Both the position numbers and the translations under genes were made by a program. 64,000 nucleotides of DNA from the NCBI GenBank assembly GCA_964016885.1, contig OZ024755.1, forward strand, positions 24,056,001 through 24,120,000, in the 5' to 3' direction. Origin of the DNA: Eledone cirrhosa (Eukaryota). The notes beneath the pieces are model-generated. The model did no database searches, had not been told where the DNA came from, and was given only the letters and a program-made list of their open reading frames with translations. The number at the start of each line of letters is the position of its first letter. Position 1 is the first letter of the stretch. Of the stretch, positions 12,496 through 27,091 are shown one piece after another.

Positions 12496-13899
12496 GCAAA
12501 TATTTTAAGACCATTTTTCCATGCCAAAGCATGGCAGGGGATGATGGGTTATAGACATGTCTAATGATACTCTTCATTATGGGAGTGTTATGGCATGATG
12601 ATTACCAGAACAGGTAAACATTAGAGAGGATCAGACAAATCCAATGCCATCCTTGATTACATGAGCAGTAATCATTAACTCCTTTCATCTTATAACAGCC
12701 TCTTGGTGTTTTATATCAACCTCATTCATGAATTTGTTGTCAGTAGGAATTCCTGTGTTAATTAAATTGACAGTTTGTATAACTACTGTAACCATTCACC
12801 CAAGGCATGATGGCTGTAAAGCTTGCATAGTCATTTCAAACTTATTACTACATTTGGCTTACATCTCCAAAAAAACAATGTTGTAACTTTGGGAAGTGTG
12901 TTCTCTACTTCCTGTTTATGTTACAATTGATGGCAAATTTCCGGTTCAAACATGTTTGCTCCAACAATACGCAAATGTCACAAGTTTAAAAAATAACATA
13001 ATATATGTTTGCATGGTGATTTTTCTATGTTAGATTTAAGCATTATTACATTAATAAAATATTAAATGTTGAGTATAAAAAAAGATTAATATATTTTGTC
13101 AAAATTATAATGCTATTTATAAGATACTTTTATATTATATGAGTTTGTAATATAATGCTTTAGATCGTGAATATAAGTGGCTGAAATGGGATCATTGGAG
13201 TAACGTTACTCAGAGTGTATAGCTTGGAGGTCAGAGTCACTCCAGGTAGAGCTGCTACATCTCCAAATTGAGAGACCATGGAACCGATACTATGAACATG
13301 TGGTTAGAATGTCTCAGGAAAGAATCGCTGGACAGATTTTACAGGAAAAGACCAACTGGGTAGACCATGAAAAGATGGTTGGATGACATCCATGAGCTTG
13401 GCTGATCTTGCTTGGGGATCCAGTCAGATCAGTTGTAGATGGTTGTTTCATGGGTCAGCCAGGTCGTTCACATTGAGAAACAAGTCTGGCCAGGGTTGGC
13501 CACGTCGTACCTTGCTCTGTAAATTTAGCCAGGGTTTTTACAGTTGGATGCCCTTCCTAATACAAACCACATTTACAGTGTGGGACTAAATGGCACCATT
13601 ATGAGGAAGGCTATAATGTTGATGTTGATATTGTTGCTGATTCTGCCAATTCCTTGCCTCATTAAATACTAATGAATTGCTTTTTTAACAAATTTATTTG
13701 TTCAACCAATAATCCCAAGATTCCAAATACATTAGTTGTTTAGAAAGAGATCATAGGCTACTGGAAGATTAACTGCAGAAACAACGATGTGAATCTTCCT
13801 TCATACATATCCTGAATCATTCATATGCCATTTCCTTAATACACAACCCCCTTGTGTGTACACTGGAATAAAAAGCGTAAGACATTAAAAGCCATCTAT

Positions 13900-14188
13900 A
13901 TCATCATCATCATTTAACATCTATTTACCACACTAGTATGGGTTAGATGGGTTTTTCCCATTTTGAGGCAATTGGAGCTGGATGACTGTGTCTCACTCAT
14001 ATAGAACTCTGTTTCTGGCTGGTTTTCTATGGCTGGATGCCCTTCTTAGTGCCAACCACTTTTCAGTATGTGCTGGATGCTTTTTGCCGAGTCTTTTACA
14101 CAACCACTTTACAGTGTGGGCTGAGTGTTTTTTGTCGTGACACCTACACAACAACTTTACAGTGTGGGCTGGATGTTTTGTGGTACCA
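13900..14188 (-). mobile_element. RTE-tail element (SINE B or LINE 3' UTR; related copies near 2505-2720, 14790-15086, 26240-26350, 44890-45230, 54205-54488)
   Basis: ggctggatgcccttc motif, internal repeats of about 40 bp, (CAT)n terminus where preserved. Confidence 0.8.
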
Positions 14189-14214
14189 ATATATATATAT
14201 ATATCATGATAATG

Positions 14215-14262
<48 letters not shown>

Positions 14263-14275
14263 TGATAATGGTGTG

Positions 14276-14316
<41 letters not shown>

Positions 14317-15852
14317 TTGTGTGTGTGAGTGTGTTTACAAATACAAAGTAGAGTTATTTCTTCTTAGCTAAAAGTTTATTTAGCAATTTCCTCAGAAAAA
14401 AACTACCTTTTGTGATTCCACTTCCCTAGAAACATCAACTGTTTTCTCACGTTGATTATGGTACAGTTCTTTCTTCCTCTTTGTAGTAGTTAATAATACT
14501 GATGTTATATCTGTCATTGAAGATAACATTTTCCTGCACAATGTGTTTTCATATCCTTAATTACTTTTCTAACCATTACTAAGCTATTGTCTATAGCTCT
14601 TTCCTCTGTTTGTTTTACTCGAAGTAGATATTCTATATCCTATATATTTTACTTGCTTAACTTCGTATATTGTTACAGTAACACGATCATGCTTGTTTCT
14701 TGTGACTAAAAGCAAATCATTTCAAATATACTTTTCCTCTTAACAATATATTGATACATTTCCAAGCATATAAAATATGTTATACTCAAAAAGTACCCAG
14801 CACATACTGTACAGTGGTCATGTAGGAGTCACAACAAAAAGTATCCAGCCCACACTGCAAGGTGGTCATGTAGGAGTCATGATAAAAAGCATCCAGCACA
14901 CACTGTAAATGTGTTTAGCGTAAGAAGGGCATCTAGCCATAGAAACCTAACCAGAAACAGTTCTATACGAGTAAGACATGGCCACCTGACCAAACTTTCC
15001 TCTAATGAGACAAGCCATCAAATCAATGCTAGCATGGAAAATGGATGTTAAACGATCATGTTGATGCTGACGATCATGATGATGATCTTCCAAGCACAGA
15101 AAATTAGCAAATCTACATAGATTATCTCTTAACTAAATAAACTTGATTATTTTCTCATCCAGCTGGTTCATAACACCTTTTCTTCACTTCTTTCACACCT
15201 TGTCTGGATAGGCACTTACTTCAAACTTACTGGCTTATAGCAGATGTCTCTTAGGAACAGCTAACTAACATATTTATAGCTTTTCTCCATCATTTCAATC
15301 AATAATCAATCAACTTCCAGTAACTAGTGCAACCAATTGGGTGGGATGACAATGCGGGGGCACTCTAAACATTGGTTTGGGTATCCATCATGTCATTTCA
15401 ATGATCCTTAAAAAAGCTTGACTGTGCCCTTCTCCTCTCCAAGTATCCAATCTCTGATTAAGCAAGCAGAAGCCAAAAGTGAGAGTCAGGGTGGAACTTG
15501 AGTACCTGTCAATCCCTAAGAAACTGCTGCCAAACTTCAAGGTATTCTTTCTACCTGAAAACCCTTAGTTTTGAGATAATGTTGCTTTAATTAGTATGTT
15601 CAGTATTGCAGTAACATTTTTTCAAATCATTTCACTCTATTTTAAAGGAACATTAGATAATGCTATATCTAGTATTGAAATAATGTTTCTCTGGGTAATG
15701 TTTCTCTACTTTCAAAGAGACAGTGAGTACTGGTACATCAATTTTCAAAGAATAATTCTTTAAACCTTTGATAACAGTATGTCGGGTATTGAAATAACTA
15801 TCTCAATAAATATTATGAAATACTGCATCGAAATGATTTCTTCAAAGCTATC

Positions 15853-16065
15853 TTAACCCTTTGACATTTACATTACTCTATATTTACTATTGTATTTTCA
15901 CAGAAGAGGCTTTATCTCACGTAATATTGAATCTAGGAGATTTTGATATTTATTTTGAGAACAATACGTGAACATCAGTATGAGTGGCCAGTTACAACTG
16001 GTTTGAACAAAAAGAAGTGAGATAATTTTGGCCAGATATGACCGGTTTAAATGCAAAATGGTTAA
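15853..16065 (-). mobile_element. MITE family C (TTAA termini)
   Basis: ttaaccctttgacatt...aatgcaaaatggttaa. Confidence 0.8.
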
Positions 16066-17229
16066 ACTTACAAAAAAATATGCAAAATATGATCATATAT
16101 TTTCCATATTATAATTTGATATCAATGGTTTTGTAACCAGCTCATACAATATCAAAGATGCTTTGATAAATTATAATTATCTCGTGGAGTTTAGCTGAAC
16201 ATCTATTTTGATTTTAGAAGTCCTTAGAGAAAATTTAGGGATATGTGTCAGCATGTTTCTGGTTTCTGACCATCATCGTTATCTCCTACGGCTTCTTGTG
16301 GAATTTGCCAGATGGCACTAGCCATCAGCTTTTCAATATTCATAGCTAAAGGGCTTTCAAAATATTTATTTCTAAACATACTGTATATCATTAGATATAC
16401 AAAATTCACATACTTATATGTACAGAGCTGTTCTGGAGTGAAAACTTTGATTTTAGGGGTAAATTTTTATCTTTGAAATATATCCTCTCTACTTGAATGA
16501 ATGTATTAAGTAACTACTCTCCATCAGTTTACATTTGAAGTTACAGCTTTCCTAGATGGGTTATGTTCACTGAATCTTAAAATCTGGCTCTCTGTCTTCC
16601 ATGAGTTTGAGAGAGGAGGGTTAATTAGCTGCCATGTCTACAGGGCTGGGGAAAAACGTTGTCTCTATTTCTGATATAAGACTCTCTCCATGACATAGAA
16701 AGGTAAATGAAAGAGTTTAGTTATCAAGAAGACTTATTATGGATTAATTGTAGCTGAGCTGAGGTTGCCATTGAGAACTAGTGTTGTAGTTGGAAGGTGG
16801 GAATACTAAACCATCAGTATCTATGTAGTCTGTTGCACCTAAATATTGTTGAGCAAAATGATACATACAGTGAAATAACTTGATAATATTTTCTATGATT
16901 GATAGAATATGATAATGTCAAATTGTATTTTTTTTTTTTCTGTACATCATCATGCTTCATTCTTGCTTAAGGATTGAATAAAAGAGAGAAAGATGACAAT
17001 AGAGATCTGCAGTAACAGCTATTGTTTTCTTATTTGAATGAAAGATTAAACGTAGCTAAAGAAATTTGAACAAACTGATAGACATTACTAAAGAAATTTG
17101 AGAAAATTGACAAAATGACATACCGTAGAGAATAAGTTAGAACAAACTAATAAATATTGCAAAATATATTATTACATTAACAGAGAAACATGATCTGTTA
17201 GTAGAAATTCTAAAAGAATTCATCCATAG

Positions 17230-17455
17230 ATTACATACAGAGTAATCTATGGATAAACAAGACATGTAATGGGATTATAGGCAGGTTAATGGAGAAGATA
17301 AACATTGTATGCAGCAAATGCATAGTAGTAAGTACAATGATCATACATAAAATAGATTTCCCTAGAGGTTGCCTAGAAGTTGTTAACAGTTTCTGTTACT
17401 TAGGTGACTTAATTAGCTGTAGGGGAAGATGCTTGAAAGCATGATAGCCAGAGGA
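17230..17455 (+). mobile_element. Decayed RTE reverse transcriptase fragment
   Basis: Peptide VVNSFCYLGDLISCRGRC. Confidence 0.55.
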
Positions 17456-18510
17456 TTGTTCCAGCAGTGAGAGTTCAAATCTTACCATGGTTACATTTGC
17501 CTATCATAATTTTAGAGTCAATAAAAAAAGTACTGGCTCACTGCTGGTACAACCTTCTCTCCTAGCTGTCACACCATGGATTTTTTGCTAAATCAAGGGA
17601 CAAAGGACCAAGATGATGTCTGTCCTATTATGCCATTGTATTATAATATATGTACTGATTGTGCTCTCTCTCCAGCTCATTTTCTATCAACACCTTATAG
17701 TATTCATGTATCAGTATGTTCTTCCTTAATACCCTTCTTCACTTTTTAATCTTCTTAACATATGCATTACTGCATCAATACTAGATTAGTTTAGAGTTTA
17801 GCTTCCTTAAACAAAAACCATTTATGAGGGAATGACAATCTAGGCTCATTCAACAGTTTCCTCTTCAGGAGCAGAAAATGTTTCAGTCATGACAAATGAC
17901 TGACCTTGTTCACAGTAAAAATGTCGTATTTTGAAATACTGCACACATATCTGGGACAGTACTGGGAAGAATACTACTGCTTACATACACAAATATATAG
18001 ACTATCTCAAATACAAGACCATCCATTGATTAGACAAAGCTCGCTCACCACTTGCTTCAAGAAATCTTTCATTTCCTTGTCTCTTCTATCATTTCTACCA
18101 TTACCCCTACTTCACTGATTCGGCTAGTTTACTACTTTAGCTAGTTTACCTTGAGCAACAAAACATATCCATTACTACTTTTCCAAATCACTATTATAGC
18201 TCACCTACCATATTCTATACTAAATATTTTGACAAAAGCTTCCTCTTCCAGACCCTCTCAAATTCCCTTCCTACATTTACCCAGAAATGTTTTAAATAAA
18301 ACATTAACTTGATCTATCTTGGAAGTCTGGTACAGCTTGCAAAAATCATAGATACTGCTTTTCTCCCACAACTGAAAAAATAAGTTATTACCTAAGTAAT
18401 TATGTATTTAGTTAGAATAGAAAGAATTACATTTTTTTTTCATAATTTTGAATATTTACATAATATCCTATAACTCAAAATCGTTTGAAGTCTTTTAGTG
18501 AAATATACTA

Positions 18511-18700
18511 TAATAATTGTTTCTACTTTAGGCACAAGGCCAGCAATTACTCAGTGCATTACTGGTACTTTATTTTATCGACCCTGTAAGGATGAAAGGC
18601 AAAGTCAACCTCGGCTGGATTTGAACTCAGATCGTAAAGGGACGTAACTATGCTGGAAAGCATGGCGTCCAACCCTCTACCGATACTGCCAATCCACCAT
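18511..18700 (-). mobile_element. SINE A
   Basis: Family A motifs. Confidence 0.85.
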
Positions 18701-21051
18701 GGCTTCTAAAGAAGGATGTTAATGTTGCTAAATAATGAGTGCCAAGAGGTTTCATGCAAAATTCATCTGTAGATATCCACAGTAAAAGAACGATAAATTT
18801 TATGATTAATTAAATGCAATACAAGTTTCATTTTTATGCAAGTTCAATGTGTTTTTAGAATACAGGGAGTGATGAAAATGATAAAAATGCCTTTTTGAAG
18901 CCATTCATTTTTATTATCCTATTTATGCTTTGGACTTATAAATCCCTAAAACCTAAAAATCACAACTGATTCTATTCTTTGATAAATTTTTCATCTTTGC
19001 TATTTTATATATAAATTTTAACTTCTAAACTACAAAACAATATTTACCACTCTCTTTATGCCTATACAGATACACACACATTAAAATGTTTAAATGAGTA
19101 TTGTGATCCAACTATGCCTCCCAGATGAAATAATCTTACTTCATCTACAAAAATCATGTGACTCATATCTTCCCGTTTATTTGAAAAATCACAAACCTCA
19201 TATATAAAAACAGTAATTTCGATAAGTTAGAGGAGTTGTTGTTTAGCTCAAGGTGAGTCCTGATTGGGAAAACCTATTCTCAAAGGTTGTAACCATCTGG
19301 TCTCTTATTTATCCAGTTTATCCAAAACTACCTTATCTATTGTGCTCTTCCTGCTTTTTAGATGATAACGCATATGATTTGAGGGATATTTCACTGTTAT
19401 TTTCAGCAGGTCAAGTGACTCCATACAGATACTTAATGACTCATTATAGTTGAATTATAGAGTGCAATCATTGGAGAAGGACACTACATTTAAAGTTCAC
19501 TGTTCCACTGATTTGAATTTAATTCCAATGGATTTGACATTTTCTAGTGTAAGTGGGATAACTTGAGTATTATACAAGGCAATGAAGTTGCTGTTCAGCC
19601 TATCAGAAATAGTAGTCAAATCTTCCTCAAATCATGTTTCTCTATCTTAAATATTACACAAAACAATGAAGTTGCCTGTACATAGTGTACAGAGCTGTTC
19701 AACCTATCAGAAGTAGTAGTCAAATCTTCCTCAAAACATGCAACTCAGAATGCTTACACAAATATTGCATTACTTTCTATTTGTCTCTGTAACTTTGCTG
19801 ATGAGTTGTCTTACCATTCACAGATATTCCAGGTATGAAAGCACAAAAAGTACCATAACAGAGGTAGGATTACATCCCCATCATCTTTGCATAATTCTAA
19901 ATGGTAGGGCAATATCCTTTATACCGAAAATATCATATATATTACAAATATATCAGATTTTCAGGTATAGAGGTAATAATCTTATGTAAAAAAAATAAAG
20001 CCATAATATTGATCCTCAGCCTATTGAAAATTATGCTTTTTGATAGAATCTGTAGTCTGCATAACAATTTTAATTATCTGTGCAAAGTTATGGGGAAATA
20101 TTCTATAAATTATTATTGCTCTTTTGTGCAAGAAATATTAACTTATCATAATGGATATGTAATGTCATATCAAGCTATAATCAGACAACACACTAACACA
20201 TTTTGTTACTGAGAGTCAGAAAGATCAAAGAAAATCTGCTACACCATAATGTTTTGAACATATGAGAGAGAGAGAAAGGATATGAGAGAGAGAGAAAGGA
20301 TATGAGAGAGACAGAAAGAGAGAGAGTATACTGGTCATGATATAGATACATAATATTTAAGCTGTCTCATAATACTTTTTAATGAAATGTTTTAAAAGCT
20401 CACAAGGTCCCTGACATAATGTTCTTCAGACTATCAAACAATGATTAATAAATACACTCTTCCAGCTTAGTCAATATAATAATTTCCAATATTGGCATGG
20501 GCCACATAATTTGTACTTGGTTACATTCCATTACACTCCAGCACTTTATTTTGTTGACCCCAAAAGAAACAAAAGCAAACGATTTTGAATAAAGTATGCA
20601 AAATAGACTTTTGTTCAATCTTTATATAAATTTCTGCGATTCTATCATAACACAAAGAGAGAGGAGTAGTTTGACTACCTCATACTACTCCTCTCTCTTT
20701 ACATTTGCTGCCTGTGTGAATGTATGTGAGTGTAAAAGGAAGGAAGGGGATGGTTAAAAAACGATGCTGTGTGTGAGTGTATGTGCATGTTTGTGTAAAT
20801 GTATGTGTGCATGCTCATATGAATGTATGTGTGTGCTTGTTCATGTGAATGTATGTGTGTTTGTGTGAATTTATGTCTGTGAGTGTGTATTTTTATAAGT
20901 GCATTTGTGCATTTATATTTTTATAAGTGTATTTGTGCATTTATATTTATATACTCATACATATAAATGTATGTATATGCACATACACACATGCACACAC
21001 ATATTCACTTATGAATCAGCGTATGGAGAAAAATTCTAGTGCTGCAATAAT

Positions 21052-21238
21052 TGTTTCTACTTTAGGCACAAGGCCAGCAATTACCCAGTACATTACTGGT
21101 ACTTTATTTTATCGACCCCGTAAGGATGAAAGGCAAAGTTAACCTCGGCAGGATTTGAACTCAGACTGTAAAGAGACGTAACTATGCTAGAAAGCATGGC
21201 GTCCGACCCTCTACCCATACTGCCAATTCACCGCCAAT
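21052..21238 (-). mobile_element. SINE A with target-site duplication gtgctgcaataat
   Basis: Family A motifs with a direct repeat on both sides. Confidence 0.85.
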
Positions 21239-21252
21239 GTGCTGCAATAATA

Positions 21253-21455
21253 TTAACCCTTTATCATTCACATTACTCTATATATACTATTATATTTTCA
21301 TGGTAAATGCTTTATCTCACATAATATCGAATCTATGAGATTTTGAAAGTATTTATTTTGAGAACAATACCTTAACATCAGTTTGAGTGACCGGTTATAA
21401 CCAGTTTCAACAGAAAAAGGTAGAGTTTTGGTCAGTTTGAACATTAAAGGGTTAA
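21253..21455 (-). mobile_element. MITE family C
   Basis: ttaaccctttatcatt...attaaagggttaa. Confidence 0.8.
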
Positions 21456-21611
21456 GAATCTGTCACCTTGAATATATTAGCAACAATGGTGGTGTTGCCG
21501 AGAATATAAAATGTTATATATCTCGGCAATGCTTTTATGATCTATTTCAAAACAAGAAATGGTATACAAGAAATAAGTAATATATCAATAATGCATTAAT
21601 TACATTTAATA

Positions 21612-21760
21612 GTCAAAGCTCTTTCATCACACTGTCTGTGACCTTACCAATTACATTTTTTAGCTCTTTGATTTTTTCCTCTCCTCTCTGTCTTGACTTC
21701 AGCTTTACTTTGTCAACATCATTGATAAGGTTACATACTGTGTGATGAAAGGTCTTTGAC
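21612..21760. repeat. Inverted repeat (arms about 40 bp) with an eroded CTGATGA...GAAA-like arm
   Basis: gtcaaagctctttcatcacactgtctgtgaccttaccaat pairs with attgataaggttacatactgtgtgatgaaaggtctttgac. Confidence 0.65.
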
Positions 21761-21919
21761 AATTAAGTAATTAGTCAAATGGTTGATAAACTGATTAATT
21801 GCAACATTTTACCTATTATATGGGAGAAATCTGTTTGGTAGATTTTTTTTCTATTCACTGATAAACAAAAATATACTGGTAGGCCAAGATAGATATAAAG
21901 TAACATTATACATTTGGCT

Positions 21920-22360
21920 AGGGCACTGGATTGTCAGAATCAGTAGAGTGTCGAACAATATGCTTTACAGCATAGAGTTATGGCCCTTCGCGTTCTGAGT
22001 TTAAATCCCATCAAGGTTAACTTTGTTATTCATCCTTACAGGGTTGATAAAATAAAGTACCAGTAACACACTGGGGTTGGTTAAATCAACTTTCCCCTCC
22101 CAACAAAATTGCTAGCCTTGTACCTAAATCAGAAACCATTATTATACACATGGCTAAAGGTGGTGAACAATTAGAGCATCAGAAAAAAATGCTTTGTAGT
22201 ATTTGTTCTGACTATTTATGTTTTAAATTCAAATCCCATTGAGGTTAAACTTTGCTTTTCATTCTTCAAGGATGGATAAAATGAAATGCTGAAGCTGATT
22301 TCTTCTACCCATCCTTAGTTAAATTGATGGCCTTGTGCTTAAATTAGAAAGTGTTATTAT
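21920..22360 (+). mobile_element. Two tandem SINE A copies, the second older
   Basis: Family A motifs occur twice. Confidence 0.75.
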
Positions 22361-23231
22361 ACACCTGGATATTGTAGACTCCAACACTATAAATAAATTA
22401 CTGGTGGAATAACTGTTTTGTTTCAATGCTGTACAATATATATCCTGTTTTTATATGTCAGTAGTTTATTAAACTAACCACCAAGGGTGCATTATATATG
22501 CAAATCAGTCTATTCAATTTACTTAAGCCCTCAGTCATAATGAATTAATAAGCAGTGTCTCTGTGAATAGTTACAGTGTTTGTTTAGTCAATGGTGAAAT
22601 CACAATATAAGAGTTAAAATAGTCTAGTTGATTCTTCTCTATACTACAACATATTATTACACTTCTAAATTTCCAAAAGCTATAGACTGCTATAAGCTGG
22701 AAAAGCTTTCATTGTCACCTTAGTTTACCAAATATATGTGTTATTTTTCTCTAAATATAGATGTGTGTATGTTGTAACTGGTTGGGTCTGTCTGAATGTT
22801 ATCAACTTTAGTTGAGAAAGAAAGGTCACTAGCTTATTCCAGTCAGATGATGATTAGAGCTCAAGCCAATTGGAATGTAGTGTGGATATAAATATTTCAT
22901 CTCCACTGGTAAGATATTAATAGTCTGAAAAATTGTAATCTTATTAATGATAAAATGTTTCAAACATTTAATCAATAGAAATGTTTTTAACATTTGAAAA
23001 ATGAGTCACTACATTATATTTTAATGTAAAAAAGAATTACTAAACAAAAATGTCTAGAAATTTGACTAACTCTTTAAGAATAAATATGCTGGTGTTGAAA
23101 TAAAAACAAAGGCCTTTTTTAATGCCATACATAGTAAGATACATCATTTTTACTAATGAAAGACGTTGATGAAATTATGAAATATTTTGATAGATCTTGT
23201 ATGAAATATTTAAATATTTCAACTATTAAAA

Positions 23232-23412
23232 AATAATTGTTTCTACTTTTTCGCACAAGGCCAGCAATTATCCCAGTGCATTACTTGTGCTTTATTTTAT
23301 TGACCCCGTAAGGATGAAAGGCAAAGTTAACCTTGGCAGGATTTGAACTCAGATCTTAAAGGGGCAAAGCATTGCCGTCCGACCCTCTACTGATACTGCC
23401 AAACTACTGCCC
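23232..23412 (-). mobile_element. SINE A
   Basis: Family A motifs. Confidence 0.85.
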
Positions 23413-23501
23413 TTTTTTATTAAAAAATAATATTCTTAAGTTTGATTGTTATTAGTCATGAAAAAGTTGCTCAAACTGCTAGAAATATCAGCTTAATATA
23501 A

Positions 23502-23660
23502 CTTGAATCACAACATACTGTCTTGAATCACAACATACTGTCTTATCTTGAATCATAACACTCTTTTAGCTTGAATCACAACACACTGTCTTAACTTGAA
23601 TCACATCATACTTTCATGAATCACAACATATTGTCAACTTGAATCACAAGATACTGTCTT
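23502..23660. repeat. Minisatellite, about 7 copies of cttgaatcacaacatactgt (20-25 bp)
   Basis: Direct tandem units visible. Confidence 0.85.
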
Positions 23661-24898
23661 AGTTATACCAAACAAAACAATGGTTAGAATGCCTCTGATT
23701 AGAATTGACTTGGAACAAAGCAGCAACAACAATAATACATTTTTCTTATATCAATATCAAATACTAAATAATCAAAAGCTAAATATTTGTCTACTGTAGA
23801 ACTATTACCAAATTATTTTCCTTCTCTTTTGTTTCCTCACTATCTCTTGACAAAAGACCACAATCTAAAATGCTGAACTTTCTTATGTTTCTTCCTTACA
23901 ATATAAAATTAATTACTTTGTAACCTTGCTCCTTCTTGTTGATTTGTTGTTGAGTTCTGTTCATGGTTTATTTGTTCCATTTTGGATATAAAAACTAAAT
24001 GAAGCCAGATTTTTATATAAAAAGTAATTATTTCTCTGAGTCCATCCACAGAAAATTATATTCACTACATAATAATGATGCAGTTACTAATTAAAAAAAT
24101 ATATATATCTTTTTTCTTTATTCAAACTATATTAAAGTTTCCTATTTGGAATCTTTCACTGATGATTAAAACAAACTTAGTATTTTAATGCGTCTAAGTA
24201 TTATATTTTCTAATGTTTTAGCTTTTTTTCTTCTCTAGAAAAGCAACAGACAAACTTTTCAATAGGATATTCTGATTTAATACTTTCAAGAAATGGTTTT
24301 GTACAATTGTATACTTTTAGAGTACCATTATTTCAACATTGGATGCTCTTCATACTTCCTAATACTCACTTGGGAAATATAGAAGTAAACACAATAGCTG
24401 CACCAGATTTTAAATTTCTAACCATGTGAACGGATGTCCTGAACATAAGCCTTACAGTATAACCTGAGATGTGGTTAAATTTTGTACTGCTTCCCTATCA
24501 AGTAACATCCTTGTCTCTGTTATTAACTGTTCAAAATAAGAATTGCAAATATAAATTGTATTAAGTTTACTATAATACTTAAATTTTAAGTTTAACACAT
24601 GCCAGTTAATTATCCAAAATCAATATTTTACTTAAATATAAACTGCTTTGGTAAAGGTAGAGAATATGCTCTTGAAAAACATTAATCATTAATGATACAT
24701 TAGTTTAATATTGGAAATGTAGCTATTAGAAGCAACAGTACATGCATTTCATCACTTGTTATGATTCCAGATCAATATAAAAATACCATTGAGAGTTTAA
24801 ACTCCGAAACCAGATCAATGTACATAAATATTAGAGTTGAAAGGAGTGTTATAAAACAGCAAGGTTCATAATCAGAAGTGTTGAAACTAAAAACTGAC

Positions 24899-24964
24899 CT
24901 CAATCTCCTTTGGAAATACATTTCTTGAGATATAATAAGTTCCAGTCGCTTTCCTGAATTTGAC
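24899..24964 (-). CDS. Possible micro-exon (SNSGKRLELIISQEMYFQRRL)
   Basis: Acceptor atgttcacag, 66 nt, donor GAG|gtcagt, phase 2-2. Weak pyrimidine tract. Confidence 0.3.
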
Positions 24965-26677
24965 CTGTGAACATATCAACTGAAACTATAGCTACTTTTT
25001 ATCAAACACTTGATCCATGGATAAAGAAGTAATTATAACCAGAAGTGTTTACAATATTTATGACTGGGATAAGGAATATTCAAAACTAAAGTTATTACAT
25101 CTGTAAAATAATATTGGCTCTGAACCTGTACAATTAATTAAACTGTATAAACGATTTCTACATTATTTGTATAAAGAAACAACCAAATTTTAAAGAAATA
25201 TTTAATTGTTTTTGCTTTGTATCACAATAAACAATAATACTTTAGTTTGAGATTTTTTAAAGTAAAATGTTATACCTCAATAAAAGAGATTGATACGAAA
25301 CTGCATAATTTGTTTTAACCAGGGATAAAGAATTGATGTGACATATTTAGGGGTTGATTCAATCTTTTTCATTATAATGGAAATACAGATACATTGCTTA
25401 AGAAAATTAGCTTCAGATATTTATTAAACCAATGTAGGTTACCTGATCTCTTTTGAAGATTGCTGAACAATTATTATTGGAAATATATATTAATCAAGTT
25501 GTATAAGATCTAAAGAGCTTTGATTAAATCCTTCTGGGTGTTTAGTTGAGTGCTTCCTCATTTTGTATTCATGTTGAAACTGAATTAATCATTTATCTAA
25601 TAAGTGCCAGTGACATACTGAGTTCAAGTGGATCAAATACAATTCATCCTATTACAAAGACTATATTGCATTATATCCAAGAAAATATATTCAAGCTTAG
25701 AAATCATTATTGAGAGAGGGTGTTTTTATTTGAATATCCAATACATTATTTGTCATATTGTAAGAAATCTGAGACTTACATTCGGGGTTGGATTTCAACC
25801 TTGGGGGCCCAAGGCACTTCACATTTAGGGGGCCCTTCATACACAACTAATTAGAATAGATAATAAACTCCCCAATTTTACATATCAAATTTAGTTTGGC
25901 ACAAGAAAATGGAATTGAAAAGTTATACATACAGGTATTAAATTAAAAAATTCTAGCCATCCTAAAACCTGTCTGTGGGCACAAATAAATAGCTACGGCT
26001 GTCACTGTGAAAATTTAATAAATTATTTATATTAAACATTTTTTTATTATTAATATAACTAGCAATTTAAATATTGTCTTGTAAAGAACAATAATGCCAT
26101 TTAATGGTTATTCTATTATTGTTCATCACTAGTGGATTTCAAATTGATTTGTATCAATCTTTATTTCCTAGATTTATTAGGTTGAGTCTATGAAGTTTAG
26201 AATAGGCATATAGTAACCATATGTCACAAGTAATTAAATGAGTTGGTATTAGGAAGGACATCCAGCTGTAAAACACTGCCACAAAAAGTCCTGGCCAACC
26301 CATGCCAGTATGGAAAAGTTGATGGGATGATGATGATGAATATTATGATGATGGTGGTGATGATGATGATTGAGATTTCAACTCAGAACATGAATAAAAA
26401 TTAAAAATCAACAGGGGAAACAAAATCAAAATTAAAGAGTAAAATTTACCACTGAAAGAATCCTTTTAAACAACATAAAAAGTCAAAACAACATAAACCA
26501 ACAAATGAAGATGTTAGTAATAAGTTAACTTATTCATAAACAGAAAAACAAAGATGAAATAAAGCTTGAGAAGCAACACCAAAATTCATCCCAGAGCAGA
26601 TCAATGAATCAAAACAACAGAAGTTATCTTTATTTCATCGTTATGTTCTTCTATTTTTCCTGTACAAATTCTAGCTG

Positions 26678-26737
26678 TAGCTGTCTGATGAGGTCATAGC
26701 TGTTGCATAACAGTTATCACCGAAATGTATACAACTA
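26678..26737 (+). ncRNA. Degenerate hammerhead motif, same family as 49316
   Basis: Stem I UAGCUGU/ACAACUA; CUGAUGA at 26685; stem II GGUCAUAGCUGUU/AACAGUUAUCACC; GAAA at 26722. Stem III and cleavage triplet are eroded. Confidence 0.55.
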
Positions 26738-27051
26738 TGAATAAACAAAGTTAATTTTAACCTGTTGACATACTTCATGTTTATAAATATACTCCGGATT
26801 AAACAGACCCACATGCGCACTTCGTCGAGTGCTCTACCGTGCACACTGATGCGTCAGTGATTAACCAACACATACTTGAATTAATTATATATAGAGAGAG
26901 AGATAGAGAGAGAAAGAGAGAGAGAGAGAGGGGGAGATCAGATTAAAAGTTTAAGCAAACAATTTCTGTGGTAATATTTATGAGCTCTACTTGTTTATAT
27001 ATACTTTGGTCTTTGTATTTACTACTACTACTACATATATATATGTGCGTG

Positions 27052-27091
<40 letters not shown>

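Noticed and set aside
23502-23660. CRISPR-like appearance of the short repeats
   Set aside because: The units are adjacent with no unique spacers, there are no cas genes, and the context is eukaryotic; it is a minisatellite.
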